Source: Amoebophrya sp. A120
Lineage: Eukaryota; Protista; Dinoflagellata
Reading direction: 5' to 3'
Length of the DNA stretch: 64,000 bases
NCBI GenBank assembly: GCA_905178155.1
Contig: CAJINV010000014.1
Coordinates: forward strand, 527,040-591,039
Of this stretch, positions 13,301 through 25,000 are shown one piece after another (position 1 is the stretch's first letter; the number at the start of each line of letters is the position of its first letter). The position numbers and the translations under genes were made by a program. The notes beneath the pieces were generated by a model. That model did no database searches and was not told the DNA's origin. It saw only the letters and a list, made by a program, of their open reading frames with translations.

Positions 13301-16126
13301 TTCGCCGCCGGCCGGGACTTGTCCGTGGACTGAGCTACCACGACCTGTGGGCCTTGTTTGTCTGCGCTCATTGCCGCGTAAAGGGATTCAAATGTTTGCG
13401 TGAATTCGAATTCGTAGCCCGCGTTGGGAGTGCTCATCACTTTATTTCCTACTCCCGGGTTTTCGCCCAGTTGTTGCTGTTGCTGTGCATTATTTCCATT
13501 GTTCGTTGCGGCGAACAAATATGACAGCAAGTCGTTCATTTTCAAGTGGAAATTGAAGTCCGGCGAAACGCTGGACAACATGCTCGTCCCCCGAAAAAAA
13601 TCTGCGGACACGGGTATGGCGCTCTCAAGTTTTACATTCTCAACTGTTACATGAATTTGTAATGCAAGACTGGCAAAAGTGAAAGGAGGAAGATTGCGCC
13701 TTTTGCATTACAAGTTTGGCGCAGATTTCGATGCTGTCTAGCCCTTCCGAAATTTGTCATGCGAAGCAGCTCGATCATCTGCCGGCTCAAGGTACTTTTG
13801 CATGACAAATTCATGTAACAGTTGAGAATGTAACGTTTGAGACCGACATAACGGGCGTCAAAAAAGTGGGGACTGCGGTCTTGTTCGCGAACAGTTCGCG
13901 GAGCTGCTGCTCTCTTTCCCTGTCGAAGATACTATTCACCGCAGTTTGTGCTTGTTGATGTTGGGCTTGTTGGGTCGTGGGAACTACAAGTTGTTGCTGC
14001 GGCTGTTGATTTGGTTGTGCGGTTGTATTCATTTGTTGATGAACAACTCCACCTGCGTGTTGTGGATGTTGGTGTAGTTGATGTGTCGTCGTAGTTGTAC
14101 TACCACCAGAAGATCCACTCGTCCCGCCAAACATCTCCAGACTCAAATCGGCTCTCAGCCTCATGATTTCAGCAAGAGCCTCCTCCTGCGTCTTCCGTAG
14201 CTCCACTGCAGGAAGGTGCGGCTTCTGCAGCACCGCCTGCTGGCCGCCACTCTGCTGCAGGAGCCCCGAACCTGAAGAACCTAGTGCAGGAGTCAATTGC
14301 TTTTTCATTCCGTAAAGGTTCAGACTCTGTAGCGGGTTCTGGTGCGCGTGGTCTTTTGCGTGGTATTTGATATTTACCATGTCTCTCGCGCCAGACTTCG
14401 AGTAGCTGTTGTGCTGCTTTGCTGCACCAGCAGCACCGGTCGCGCTGATTCGTCCTGATGGATCAGTCGCGTCGATAAAACCACCGCTAGTTGAATCATT
14501 GTTCTCTGGTGCGGCGACGATGAATCCCTGTAGTCTCCTCGTTTCTCGTGCGGCGAAAAACCTCCGTGCGTGTCTTGTCGCGTAAATGGAGAGCATGTCG
14601 TCCTCCGTGTGGCTGTTGAACGAACTGCGCCCGGAAACGTCAATTCTCCCCCGCTGCGGCCCTTGCTGCGAAGACTGCAGAAACGACTGCACTTGCCCCC
14701 CGGGAAGGGTCCCCGAGTACAGATTTTCGTCGCCGATATTAGAAGTGGCGGACCCAGCCTGGTCGTTCGAAAATTGGGCATTCGCCGAGCTTAAAGTTTT
14801 CTGCTTGTACAACATGAGTGCCTTCATCGCCTTGTCGTATTGGCATGGAGTCGGGCCATAAGGATCGTTGCAGAGATATTCCGCCAGGTCATTTTTGTGC
14901 AGAAAAGCGAGGCGGGAAGAGGCCAGGAAGAGCTTCTTGTAGTTATTCTGGGATGATGAAGGTGAGTTATTGTCATTCAGGAGCTGTTCCAGCTGTTGAC
15001 TCGTCCCGCTGGAATTGCTATTGGATGTGTTTGATGTCGTGCTGTTGGTCGCCACACTCAGCTTCGACGCGGATTGAGTAACCCGGTTGGGAGCTGCAAT
15101 TCCACTATCATCTGTCTTGAGAACTCCGCCCGTACTAGTTCTACCATTATTCATCCCGCCCCCGACAGTTGTGTTTCTTGTTGAAGAGAGCCTGAGTTGT
15201 CCTCTATTCTTATCACCTACAACGTGTCTTCCGTAAAACGGGTCGTACTTGCTGAGGAACTTGTCCGCCAGAAAAAATCTCGCTTGCTCCGCTAATAATT
15301 CCAAAAGCTGTTGGTGGTCCTGGGGGTTGACGCTGACGTTGGTCGTGGTATCCCCACTGTCCGACAGGGCGAGGGCGGCTACGGCAGAAGCGGTAATAGA
15401 ACTACCTCCTCCTGACATGCCTCCTACTCCACCAGCTGTTGAACTACCACCGCCCGCCCGGTTTCGTGCCAACAGCGACGTCGTCATCGTGCTCTTGTTC
15501 ATCAGATTCATCAGCCCCGCTGGGAGAAGATCTTTCTCCGGTAATAATTGCAACAAATTGGTCGCACTCTGCAGCTTCTCCCTCGCACCGGCAGCCAGCC
15601 CCGGATTGTTCAACAGATTCCGGCTGTTCCAGGGAAGAGCGAGGAGTAACTGCTGTTGGGTGGACGAGAATTTCAGCTGGTTCAGCAGGGAAACGCCGAC
15701 GATCGCATCGCCCGAAACGATCGCGGTGTTGGTGCCCAGTTGCGGGACAGAGTTACTTGTCATGCTGGTGCCTGGTGTTGTACTAGAAGTTGTACTAGCT
15801 GACGGTAAATTTGTTCCGGCTCCTGTTGCTGCAGCCGAAGACGGGAGGACATTGGGGGCGTTGGCAGCGGCGGAGTAGCCGGCTAGTCTCGAGGTTGTAT
15901 TGGCGGCACTCGTGGTCGACAAATTTTCTGTCGCGCGGTTCCCCGTCGTTCCTGTCGCTTCCCCCGGCGATGCACTCTGCGCGGCTTCGTTTTCATTACT
16001 CCCTGCGTTGCTGCTGGTTCCACCTCGCACACTAGCGGAAGTACTGCTTGGGTCGGCTTGGCTTCGCGCGCGGCCGCTGGCCGCGGCTTTAGTTCCGCCG
16101 GAAGTGCTTCTTGGGTTGTCCGACAT
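1393..16126 (-). CDS. Very large (~4288 aa) low-complexity/coiled-coil protein of unknown function; 8 exons (6 introners plus one GT-AG intron)
   Basis: ORFs 13811-16126, 13159-13611, 11455-12840, three short exons, 8307-10097 and 1393-8151 join in frame after removing each element + 5 bp and intron 11223-11468. Total 12867 nt = 4289 codons. C-terminal EFCTFKPQIN motif. Confidence 0.75.
8065..8343. mobile_element. Introner family A, copy 1 (279 bp)
   Basis: TIR TATACTGAGTAAAAACGTACCCACACCAGAGT / ACTCTGGTATGGGGACGTTTTTACTCAGGATA; flanks TCTTC/TCCTC; near-identical to 23348-23626. Confidence 0.9.
10021..10352. mobile_element. Introner family B, copy 1 (332 bp)
   Basis: TIR containing GAAAAATCCCCCCTCCCCATAT; perfect TSD TCCGG; removal gives MMVSRNLLARQ. 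Confidence 0.9.
10561..10819. mobile_element. Introner family D, copy 1 (259 bp)
   Basis: TIR TATGAACTGCAAATATGTCTGGGTCTGGAA / TTCCAGACCCAGACATATATGCATTTGATA; TSD GTCGT; frame restored. Confidence 0.9.
10905..11064. mobile_element. Introner family H, copy 1 (160 bp)
   Basis: TATGCAATACAAATTTCCCG ... CGGAAAATTTACTGTGGATA; TSD CATGT; removal gives KQANMLQINAQ. Confidence 0.88.
11223..11468 (-). other. Canonical GT-AG intron (246 bp)
   Basis: AAAG|GTATTA ... TTTCAG|GG joins in frame (KGSPASR). Confidence 0.7.
12868..13192. mobile_element. Introner family B, copy 2 (325 bp, inverted relative to copy 1)
   Basis: Family B TIRs; TSD TTGTT; removal gives FVNNLNNFYFAVRY. Confidence 0.9.
13615..13850. 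mobile_element. Introner family C, copy 1 (236 bp)
   Basis: TIR core TTACATTCTCAACTGTTACATGA; TSD ACGGG; removal gives TPVSADFF. Confidence 0.9.
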
Positions 16127-17257
16127 CTTTGGAAGTGGTTCTGCTTATGCGCTAGCAAGGACTTCAGCGGGCGAGGCCTTTCGCTTCTCCACCGGATTAA
16201 TTTGGAAATCGAAATAGTTCGTGGTCGCGCTATCGTTTTTCCTGAAGGTCATCTCGTAGTCCTTGGCTGGAAATCGCATCGAGATCGCCCCGTCGCCGGA
16301 TCATGCACAGTCCTCCCGGTCGTGGCGCTGGTATTTGCTTTCTGACAATTATACTGCTTCTACTGACAGACAGCCGGGCAGTTCTACGCGATACACAGTC
16401 GCAAGTGAGAATTTGTTGGCGTTGCAATTTCACATGATAGACGAATGCATGAGATTTATTTGTTTTTCTTGCGGGGCATACAATGTAAAAGAGCAATACG
16501 TGGTATACAAGAGGGGTATCAGCATAGTGTAACTGTAAACGTGTGTCAAATCAAAACTTAGCAAATATTGTCCGAGGAAAAGAATAAGAAACTCGGCTAG
16601 CACAGGCATACCGACAAATAAATGGACGATGCTCGCACGAAGGACAAGTAAAATCACAGTGGACGTTTATTTTTATTTCGTTCTGGAAATGCAGTTGTAC
16701 GATGAAGATCATGCTATCGAAAGGGACGACAAAAAGAAAAACGAGAATCAGGCCACGGAAAATAGAACGACCGACGAACGTAGTTTGCGCTTCTCGGAAG
16801 TAGATGGCGAAGGGACAATACCGATGCTTTCATGTTGGTTCCCGAGAAAACCGAAGTAGATGAGCTGCTGTTTATGAGCGACGCACATACGATGAAATAC
16901 CAATACCAATACGGTGCGATGAACGGATGCACTTTCACAAGCGAAAAATGAGGAAGTTTACGGCAACGAGATTTGACCGAATTTTTTCGAGGAATTCTTG
17001 CGTAGTGTGATTCAGAAGTTGTAGATACAGGCATTGAAACATTTACCGACCTTTCAAGCTCAAGCATAAGCAGTCTGTCACCTGCTGCAACTAAACACTT
17101 TATCACTGAAGAACAAAAAAACTGATCTGCTTGCACGAAGACAACTAACGGTCTATGTGTTCGTGCTGCGTCAGGATATTGGGTTCTTCTTTTTTCTCTA
17201 TACAGCAACCAGCTAGTACGACTGGTTCTTTCAAATGTTGAACCATTTCTACTACTA

Positions 17258-20189
17258 CTACACAGAATTTTTACTTCCCGTTCTACTGTTATTTTTACTC
17301 CCATTTATATTGTCCTTTTCCTCTTGTCCTTTCCCAACAATTTGCAAGAATTGGCTCGTGCTTTTCTCATCGCCTAATTTTAAAGCGGGTTTGTCCCGCG
17401 GGTACATTAACAAATATGCAAAGCTTAGTAGGCACCAGCATAGCAACATAATCACAAACACGTCGTTTTCGAAAAACGCGCGGTAGAACTTCAAGTACCG
17501 AATCTGTGCATTGAAAACCACGTCTGCCGTTGTCGCGCGCGCGTAGTCCCGGAACGCCAGCTGCGCAAACTGGACGATGGCGCAAGACGTGAAATTCACC
17601 AGAATCGCGTTGAACAGCAGGCTGTTGAGTGGCGTGTGGCCCTTCTTCATGGGGTGGATGGAAAACAGACAGAACGCTCGCATCCCCACCTTCAGACAGC
17701 CGGTGACGGTCGCGAACACCAGGTGCATGTTGAGAATGGCGAAAAACACCGCGGCTAGCACGAAGAGTCCGCTGGACTCGAAGGCCTGCAAGAACTCGTT
17801 CAGCATGAGGGAGACCGGCTCCTCGTTCTCCTCGCCCGGCTGGTCGATGAGGAGGTAGAAGAAGATGTGCAGCACCCAGAAAAAGGAGATGATCGCGAAA
17901 ATGACCCCGAAAAAGACCTTGAGCCCGCTGGTGACCGGGTTTTCGCCCCGCTGCTTCATGCAGATCTCCATGTGGTCGTACTCCTTTTCGAGCAAAAAGC
18001 ACGATATGGGACTCTTAAACGTTACATTCTCAACTGTTCCATTAATTTGTCACGCAAAAGCACCTTAAGCCGGCAGATGATCAAGCTGCTTCGCACGACA
18101 AATTTCGGAAGGGCTAAACCTGCGGCAAACTTGTAATGCAAAGGGCGCAATCTTCCGCCTTTCACTTTTGCCAGTCTTTGTCTTGCATTACAAATTCATG
18201 TAACAGTTGAGAATGTAACATTTGAGAACTCCATACACGACTGCTTGAACTTGTTGAACTCGGTTTTCAGCTCCCGTTTTCGCTTGTTCACGTTGGAAAA
18301 GTACCCCCCGGTGGCGTCCTTCAGTTCCGTTTCCCGGTCCTGCAGTTCCTGTGCCTTCGCGAGAAGCGACTCCGCGGTTTGCGCGTACAAGATCTTCCGG
18401 CTCGCGTACTGACTCGCGGTGATGGGTTTCGGCCGGTCTTGGTATTCGATCAGCAGGTCCATGGGCAGCGCCGTCAAGCCCACGCCGCCAAATACGACGA
18501 ACAACCACCAGCCGAGGAAGCAGAAGACCGCCATCAGGTAGATGTCGAATCTGACATTGATCTCCAAGAATTTCTCCGCGGAGATTGCGCACACGTGGCC
18601 CGACCGAATTTGCTCGCTCGCACTGATCCAGTTGCCGCACGGGTAGTCCTGCACGGGGAGCTTGGCGACGGCCAGGAAGGCGAAGCTAATCAAGAGAAAC
18701 ATGAAGACGATGAAGAAAAAGAACGGCTTATCCTGTGAAAAAGTTCAAACGATATCGCACTCGTAGTTGTGATTTGTTTCAATGCATAATTATTTCCCAG
18801 GTAACTCAGCATTGCATTACCTTCGTTCTCCTTTGGAAAAAAAAATTCTTTCAATGCAAATCCACTTTCTGTTTCTACTACGTAGGGCGACATTGCTTTA
18901 TTTGCGGTGCATACAGCATGTTCACGAGCAATTTCCTTCCCGGGCTGGAGTTGCGAAATTGGGCGAGTCGGCTGGTCGTGTTCGCATTGCTGGTCGCCGC
19001 AGCTCCTCCTCCTGCGCTACTGCTACTGCTGTTGCCGAAAACGATCTTCCAGTCGCCGTTGATCTCGAGCTATCAAAAAGAAAAATCCCCCCTCCCCATA
19101 TCGAAAACGAAATTTGTGATGCAGTATTTGAGTACACAAATCGCATTTGTCTTGCTGGAGAGGACTGCAGACCCATACCAAGCCTGAATGGAGAGGCTTT
19201 GACTTAGGCGCTTAGCATGAAAAGCGTCCGCGATGTTGGCTCAACAGCATGACAAACCGGCTCCATAATGGGACGGAAGCTGTTGCCCTTGTCTTCTTGC
19301 AACACGCACGTGATTTGTGACCTCAAATCAGCAACACAAATTTTCGAAAGCCTACCTCTTCAATATGGGGAGGGGGGATTTTTCCTTGCGATACGAGCCA
19401 GAAGATGCCCATGGGAAGCACGAGCAGGATTTATTACAGTGAAAAGTGCCCCCCACCCCCAAAGTTGCAAAAATTTGTGATGCGAAGTTTCCAAATGAAA
19501 CCTTTTTGTCATGCATGAAAGGAATAGGAATCTTTCTGATGCAGATTCTAGTGTTGTTTCGCATCGCTTGCATGACAAGCACCGCTCTTGCTGGGATCTT
19601 TTGCAATACAAATTTTTGCTCTTCACGATCGGAAATCTGTGATGCTGATACATGCAAGACGGCGATTGTTTCATTTTGAAAGGTTTGCAATACAAATGCT
19701 CCCAAATTCGGGGGTGGGGGCATTTTTCATTGTAATAGGATTAGTAGGATCACAGAAATGAACGCGATCAGCCAAAACGCCTCCATGTTCAAGCCGCCAT
19801 TATTCCGCGCGTTCCGCACGTCAATGGGCAGGAGAAAAATCACGATATACGCAATGGTGAAGCTGGCGATGACCACGAAGCGCAGCCCAATGTGGTCCTT
19901 GGAAGCTTCGTCCGAGTCTCTGTATTCCGTGCAAAAGTATCTCGCTTCATCTAGTATAACGGAGTGCTTTTATGCATGACATTGACATCAAATCAGTTTA
20001 CGTCTAGTAAGTTTGCAAGGCTGAATTTTCATGACCAGTTCCATTTGTTTCCTTTTGAAAAGAGTACTGTACGAAATAGTACGATACTTTTGCAATGCAT
20101 ACTTCGTAGTAGAAGACCATTTTCGCGTTGATCACGAAAAAGGAGAAAATCCCCGCGATCGCGAAAAAAAGAAGGAAAAGGTCGATCAT
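17258..20189 (-). CDS. LMBR1-like (LIMR family) multi-pass membrane protein, ~560 aa, 6 exons; all 5 introns are introners
   Basis: Spliced product has LMBR1-type motifs IFLLPIDVRN, LVLPMGIFWLE, GWWLFVVFGGVGLTALPMDLLIEYQDRPKPI and HPMKKGHTPLNSLLFN. 1683 nt, in frame. Confidence 0.85.
18005..18235. mobile_element. Introner family C, copy 2 (231 bp, inverted)
   Basis: Family C TIR; TSD CACGA; removal gives KQSCFLLEKEY. Confidence 0.9.
18729..18913. mobile_element. Introner family E, degenerate copy (185 bp)
   Basis: TATCCTGTGAAAAAG ... GTGCATA; flanks CGGCT/CAGCA (3/5); frame restored. Confidence 0.7.
19071..19393. mobile_element. Introner family B, copy 3 (323 bp)
   Basis: Family B TIRs; TSD CGAGC; removal gives GIFWLEING. 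Confidence 0.9.
19432..19737. mobile_element. Introner family F (306 bp, single copy in window)
   Basis: TATTACAGTGAAAAGTGCCCCCCACCCC / GGGGGTGGGGGCATTTTTCATTGTAATA; TSD GGATT; frame restored. Confidence 0.88.
19923..20101. mobile_element. Introner family E, degenerate copy (179 bp)
   Basis: TATTCCGTGCAAAAGTATC ... GATACTTTTGCAATGCATA; flanks CTCTG/CTTCG; removal gives FYYEDSDE. Confidence 0.8.
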
Positions 20190-22068
20190 GGTTTCGTCTC
20201 TGCACGTTAGATTTTCAGCAGAAATGCATTGTCAGCAGGTGTTCTACTGAGGAGCTCCTGATGATCCTCAAAGTGGTCATTTTTCACTACTTACATTTTG
20301 TAGCGACCGCTCCGAACAAGAAGTAGCACTACGAATATTTTCACCAGAAACACTATATTAAAGGAGAGATTGCCTCACTGTTGTGAGTTGTTGTTTTGTT
20401 CGTCCTCATGATTCATCGATCCCAACCCGAAGTCACGCTGGGTGTTTTTTTTCTTTTTTGCAACAGATATCGAACTCAAAACAAGAACGGATGGAAATGC
20501 ATCTTCCGACAACATTAAAGAAAGATCTGAACCACCAAAAAGACCAAACAACAAAAAGAAAATTTCAACACAGAAGTCTATCACAAATTAGCGCCTTTTT
20601 CTTTTTTGCAGAGCATTTCAAAGTCGGGATCAGCAAGGTTCGATGAACACGCGGGGAGCTGCACGACAGGTTGCCTCTAGTACACACGAGCAGAAATTTA
20701 AAACACTGAAAAACTGCGACTGCCGTCCCCATGGTCGCGCGGACATTGGCATTGCGTGGACAACACCTAGAGACACGGCGGGCGCCACGTCGCTAGCATT
20801 CTTTTTTGTGATGTACAGGGACGATTGGGAAGATGTTGTTCGGCAGAGTCAGATTTTGACGAAAACTCGTCATTTGGCAAGTCAGCTGAATACAAACAAA
20901 CTATCCATTTGATGCTCTACTTGTCCATCTATCATAAGTAACGCTGCGCGATGGTAATATTGCGTATCAAATATGATCCCCGGGGTCGCTAAAAGTTCGC
21001 TTATTATAATCGTGTGATACACAATTCAATATTTGGGTAGGTAGTGTATCACACTGGCCACCTCGAGCTAGAGTTATAGCGGGAAAAGACAAATCTTCCT
21101 TTTTTTGTGTTTTTTCAGTTTCCAAAATAATTCAAATTTGTACAAAACAAATATGTACAGGATTAGAAATCAAGAATCCGCTTGAACCAATACTGGAAGC
21201 GAAGTTGTTCCAGATAGCTGCAGCCGGTCACGTGAGTCATCTTCTAGAACAAGCACCGCTGTCGTGCTCGTGGTCGTGCCTCACCCTTTACGAAAATAAA
21301 GGTACAATTATCAGAGCTGCATTTTTTACATTTTCATTTTGTTCATGATCGCAAAAAATCTTCTTTCAAAAAATATGGTAGTAAGTTTTGATGTCCATTG
21401 TCGTAAAAAACCTCGCTATTAAATATCATTTTTCGCGGCTGCTGCTCGACGCGGCCTAAATGTCAGCAGCTGCAAAATCGTAATCAAGTATATCAGTTCA
21501 TATAAATTCATCTGTTGTACTAGTAGAAGTCGTGAGTCGACGATGCAACCAAATAGTTTACTTCCCACTTCTAGAAGAACGTAGTCGTTCAAATCTACAA
21601 AGATCATTTCGATCTGCAGCATCCCCTGCGGCTCCCGCGTCGACAACGGGGCCACAGAGACTGCTGCGGTACGTCTTGTTGATGCAACAAACATACAATT
21701 TTTGCAAGATGAATCAAAATCAATACATTGAAGGCGACTACTTCTGCTGCACTCCCGACCACGACCAGCAGTCGGAGCGGTCGTCATACATAAGGCGCTC
21801 GCACTACTAAGAAAAGCTGAAAAAACTCTACAGGTTTTTTTTCTGATGTGTACATAAAAAATCTCCACAGCGCGTGATTATTTTCTTTTGCACCGACCTC
21901 CTTGTCGGTCGTGCAGCATCAACCAACTGCCGGCAGGCTCTGAAAGCAGAACATTGCTCCATAAAGCGTTGACCCGCCTGTCTCGTGTTGTATGGACGAC
22001 AAGTAGAAACAAGTAGAAGACTACTTTACGTATCAGAAAGAAACTAGGTGTAGGTGAGTTGTATCCAA

Positions 22069-25000
22069 TCACTCCGTCCTTAGCCTCTTCGCGACCTGCT
22101 GGTCGGGTTCTACTGCATTGCGGTCAAGCATCAGATCCTCGTCCTCATCAGGGATAGGAATGTCGTTCGGATCCTTCTTGTCGTCATTTTTGTCCACAGC
22201 AGCTGCACCAGCAGGTGCGAGAGGAGACCGCTCATCAACCTTCATATTCTTGCCACTTGTTTCATTCGCATTCCTTCCAGGTGAAGCAACAGCAGTTGCA
22301 CTGCTACCACTTCCGAGGGCCGTCGCGGGGGCGGCACCGACAGCAGCTGCACTGCCAGAAGCGGTACCAGGCCCGGAAGTTGATGTAGTACCTCCACCGT
22401 TTGGTGAGGAAAGTAGAAGAGAGCCTTTTTTAGGCGCGTTGTCCTTGTCCCCCGTCGCGGTTGGTCCTGTCGGCGGTGAAGGGAAGCTTGGCTTTTTTTC
22501 AACAACAACAGCATCGTCTTCCTTATCCGAGTCGAGGTCGCTGTCGTACTCGTCAAAAATGTTCTTCTCCGGTTTTTTTGTCGCGGTGTCAATCTCTTGA
22601 TAGTCTTTCAACACCGGACTACTCGAAGACGATTTACTTCCTCGCGAAGTCGTGCTAGTCGCGCCACCCGCTCCAGTGGAGGTTTTCACGACCGTAATGC
22701 TGATACCATTGTCGACGAAAGTAGGAGAGCCTGTCTTATTTGTGCCTTGTACCTGGCCACCAGCAGCACCTGTGTTACCACCCACAAATTCACCTCGCGG
22801 GATCAAAGAAGACAGTGCCGGGCTAGCAGTGGTCGCAGCATTGCTGGAAGAATGTTTCTGCAGTGCAACTACCGGTGGTCCGGTGGGGCCGATGTTGACA
22901 TAATTACTAGCAGTTGCTGTAGTCGTCGTTCTACTTCGTGGGGAAGCCAGAGCTGTGGATATCAAAGACGATGGCGCGGGGGCCCCCGCGACCAGTGGTC
23001 CGCCACCTCCCATAGCACTGCTCTTCAGCACGTTGGCACCGGCGATATTTGCGACCATAGCCGCAATTGAGGAAGCGCCGGCGGAAGGAGAAGACACTGA
23101 GCTTGGTCCTCCAGCACCTGGAGCAAGCGAAGGGCCAACAATCGGGTCGTTGCCCGCAGTATTTGCTGATCCGTTATTTTCGAGGAGTGCGGCAGCAACA
23201 CGACCTCCTGCAGCCCCAGCACCGGTTGTTGGCGCAGCACCACCCGCCCCGAAGAGAGCAGTAGAACTGGAGTTAGTCGACGGAGAGAAAAAACTGCCGC
23301 TTTGTTGACTCTGTTCTTTCTGAGCCAATTCTTGCTTGCGCTTTTCCTATCCTGAGTAAAAACGTACCCACACCAGAGTCAGCATGGGGATTTTGCAACA
23401 CAAACCTAGCCGTTTTGTGAGTCACGGATGACAAGTTGCACTCTGTAGTGTAGTGCAGGTTACCAAGTGCAGCGGCGTCACAAATCCAGCTGCTCATCCT
23501 GTTCACAGCATCACAAATTCCAAAACACGACTGGAAATGGCTCTCATGGGGATGCGCATTACAAGTCTTCCTGTCTTTGCAAATCTGCATTACAACTCTG
23601 GTGTGGGTACGTTTTTACTCAGGATATTTCCACCGAGTGCTTCATTTCCTCCAACCACCGCGGACTTGTAGATATCGTAGAGAAAAATCCCCCCTCCCCA
23701 TATTGAAAGCGTATCCGTCTGAAAATTTGTGATGCGCATTTGTGACCTCAAATCCTGTCTGTCTTGCAAGAAGGCAAGTTCAGAGAGCGCCCTGCATTTT
23801 GCAGGCGGTTTGTGATGCTGTTGGGCTTAGAGCATTCACGTTTGTCATGCTAGGCGCCTATGTCAAAACCTCTCGCCTGAGGCTTGACATATGCCTGCAG
23901 TCCTCTACTGCAAGACAAATCTGATCTGTGTGCGGAAATCCAGCATCAGAGACTTCGGCCCGATATGGGGAGGGGGGATTTTTCCTTTCAATAGTAGAGC
24001 TCGAGCTGCCAGAGGAAGAACTTGCTCCTGCTCCACTACTTGGAACAAGTAGGTTCAAGTTCGAAACAGCCGGCACCGTTATCACCGGTGGTGCCGCTCC
24101 GCCCACATCGGCTGCGTTCGCGTCAGAAGATTGTTTCTGTAGCTGATGCTGTTCCCTTTCCCCGGCCTCTATGGCTGCGTCAACCTTCTGCAGCAAAAGG
24201 GACTTGTGGTCCCGCCCACTAGAAGAGGTGGATGCAGAGCTATTGACAACTGTCGGAGCAGCAATGGTCACGCCCGGCTGCTGCAGCGAAGCGCTGGTGC
24301 TGGAGGAAGGAAAAACTCCTCCGCTGCTACTCGATGAGGTGGATGATGTGTACCCAAACTTAGCTTTGAGGAAATCCACAGGCTGATTCAGATTCTCGCT
24401 CGCTGAAGACGAGCTGCCCGTTGTCCCGGCCGAATTGGTTCTGTGGTGCGACAGCTCCCGCTTTTTCGCACTCTGGTCCTCTATGGCGTCCTCAAATGTT
24501 ACATTCTCAACTGTTACATGATTTGCCATGCAAAATCAGCATCAACGTCCACACGGTGAAGCTACTTCGCATGACAAATTTTGGAAAGGCTAAACAGCAT
24601 CGGAATCTGTGCCGATTTTGTAATGCAAGAGTTGCAAGATTCGGTCTTTCCCTATTGCCATTCTTGCATCACAAATTCATGTAACAGTTGAGAATGTAAC
24701 GATTGAGAATCCCATATCCTCCTCTTCAGCATTGTAGTAGCCTTGCTCGGACAAATATCCAGGAAAAAACATCCATCCCCATCCAATTTGTCATGCATAC
24801 ATGCATAAAATCTACTATTTGTCATGCAAAAAATGGATGGGGATGGGTGTTTTTTCCTGGATAACAAAACGTGCGCAGTGCGCTTTCGGCTCTGCAGGTT
24901 GGAGGGAGCAGTGTCGGGCTGTTTTGTGTATAATGTTTTTTTTTTCACCGTTCAAATCTAGCATTGGTCGTAGAACTTCCACTTCGTGAACAGTAACTAG

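Noticed and set aside
23453-23706. Recurrent short ORFs with peptides such as KNPPSPY, NVTFSTVT and VQKYRTR
   Set aside because: Chance translations of introner TIRs, not genes or transposases.
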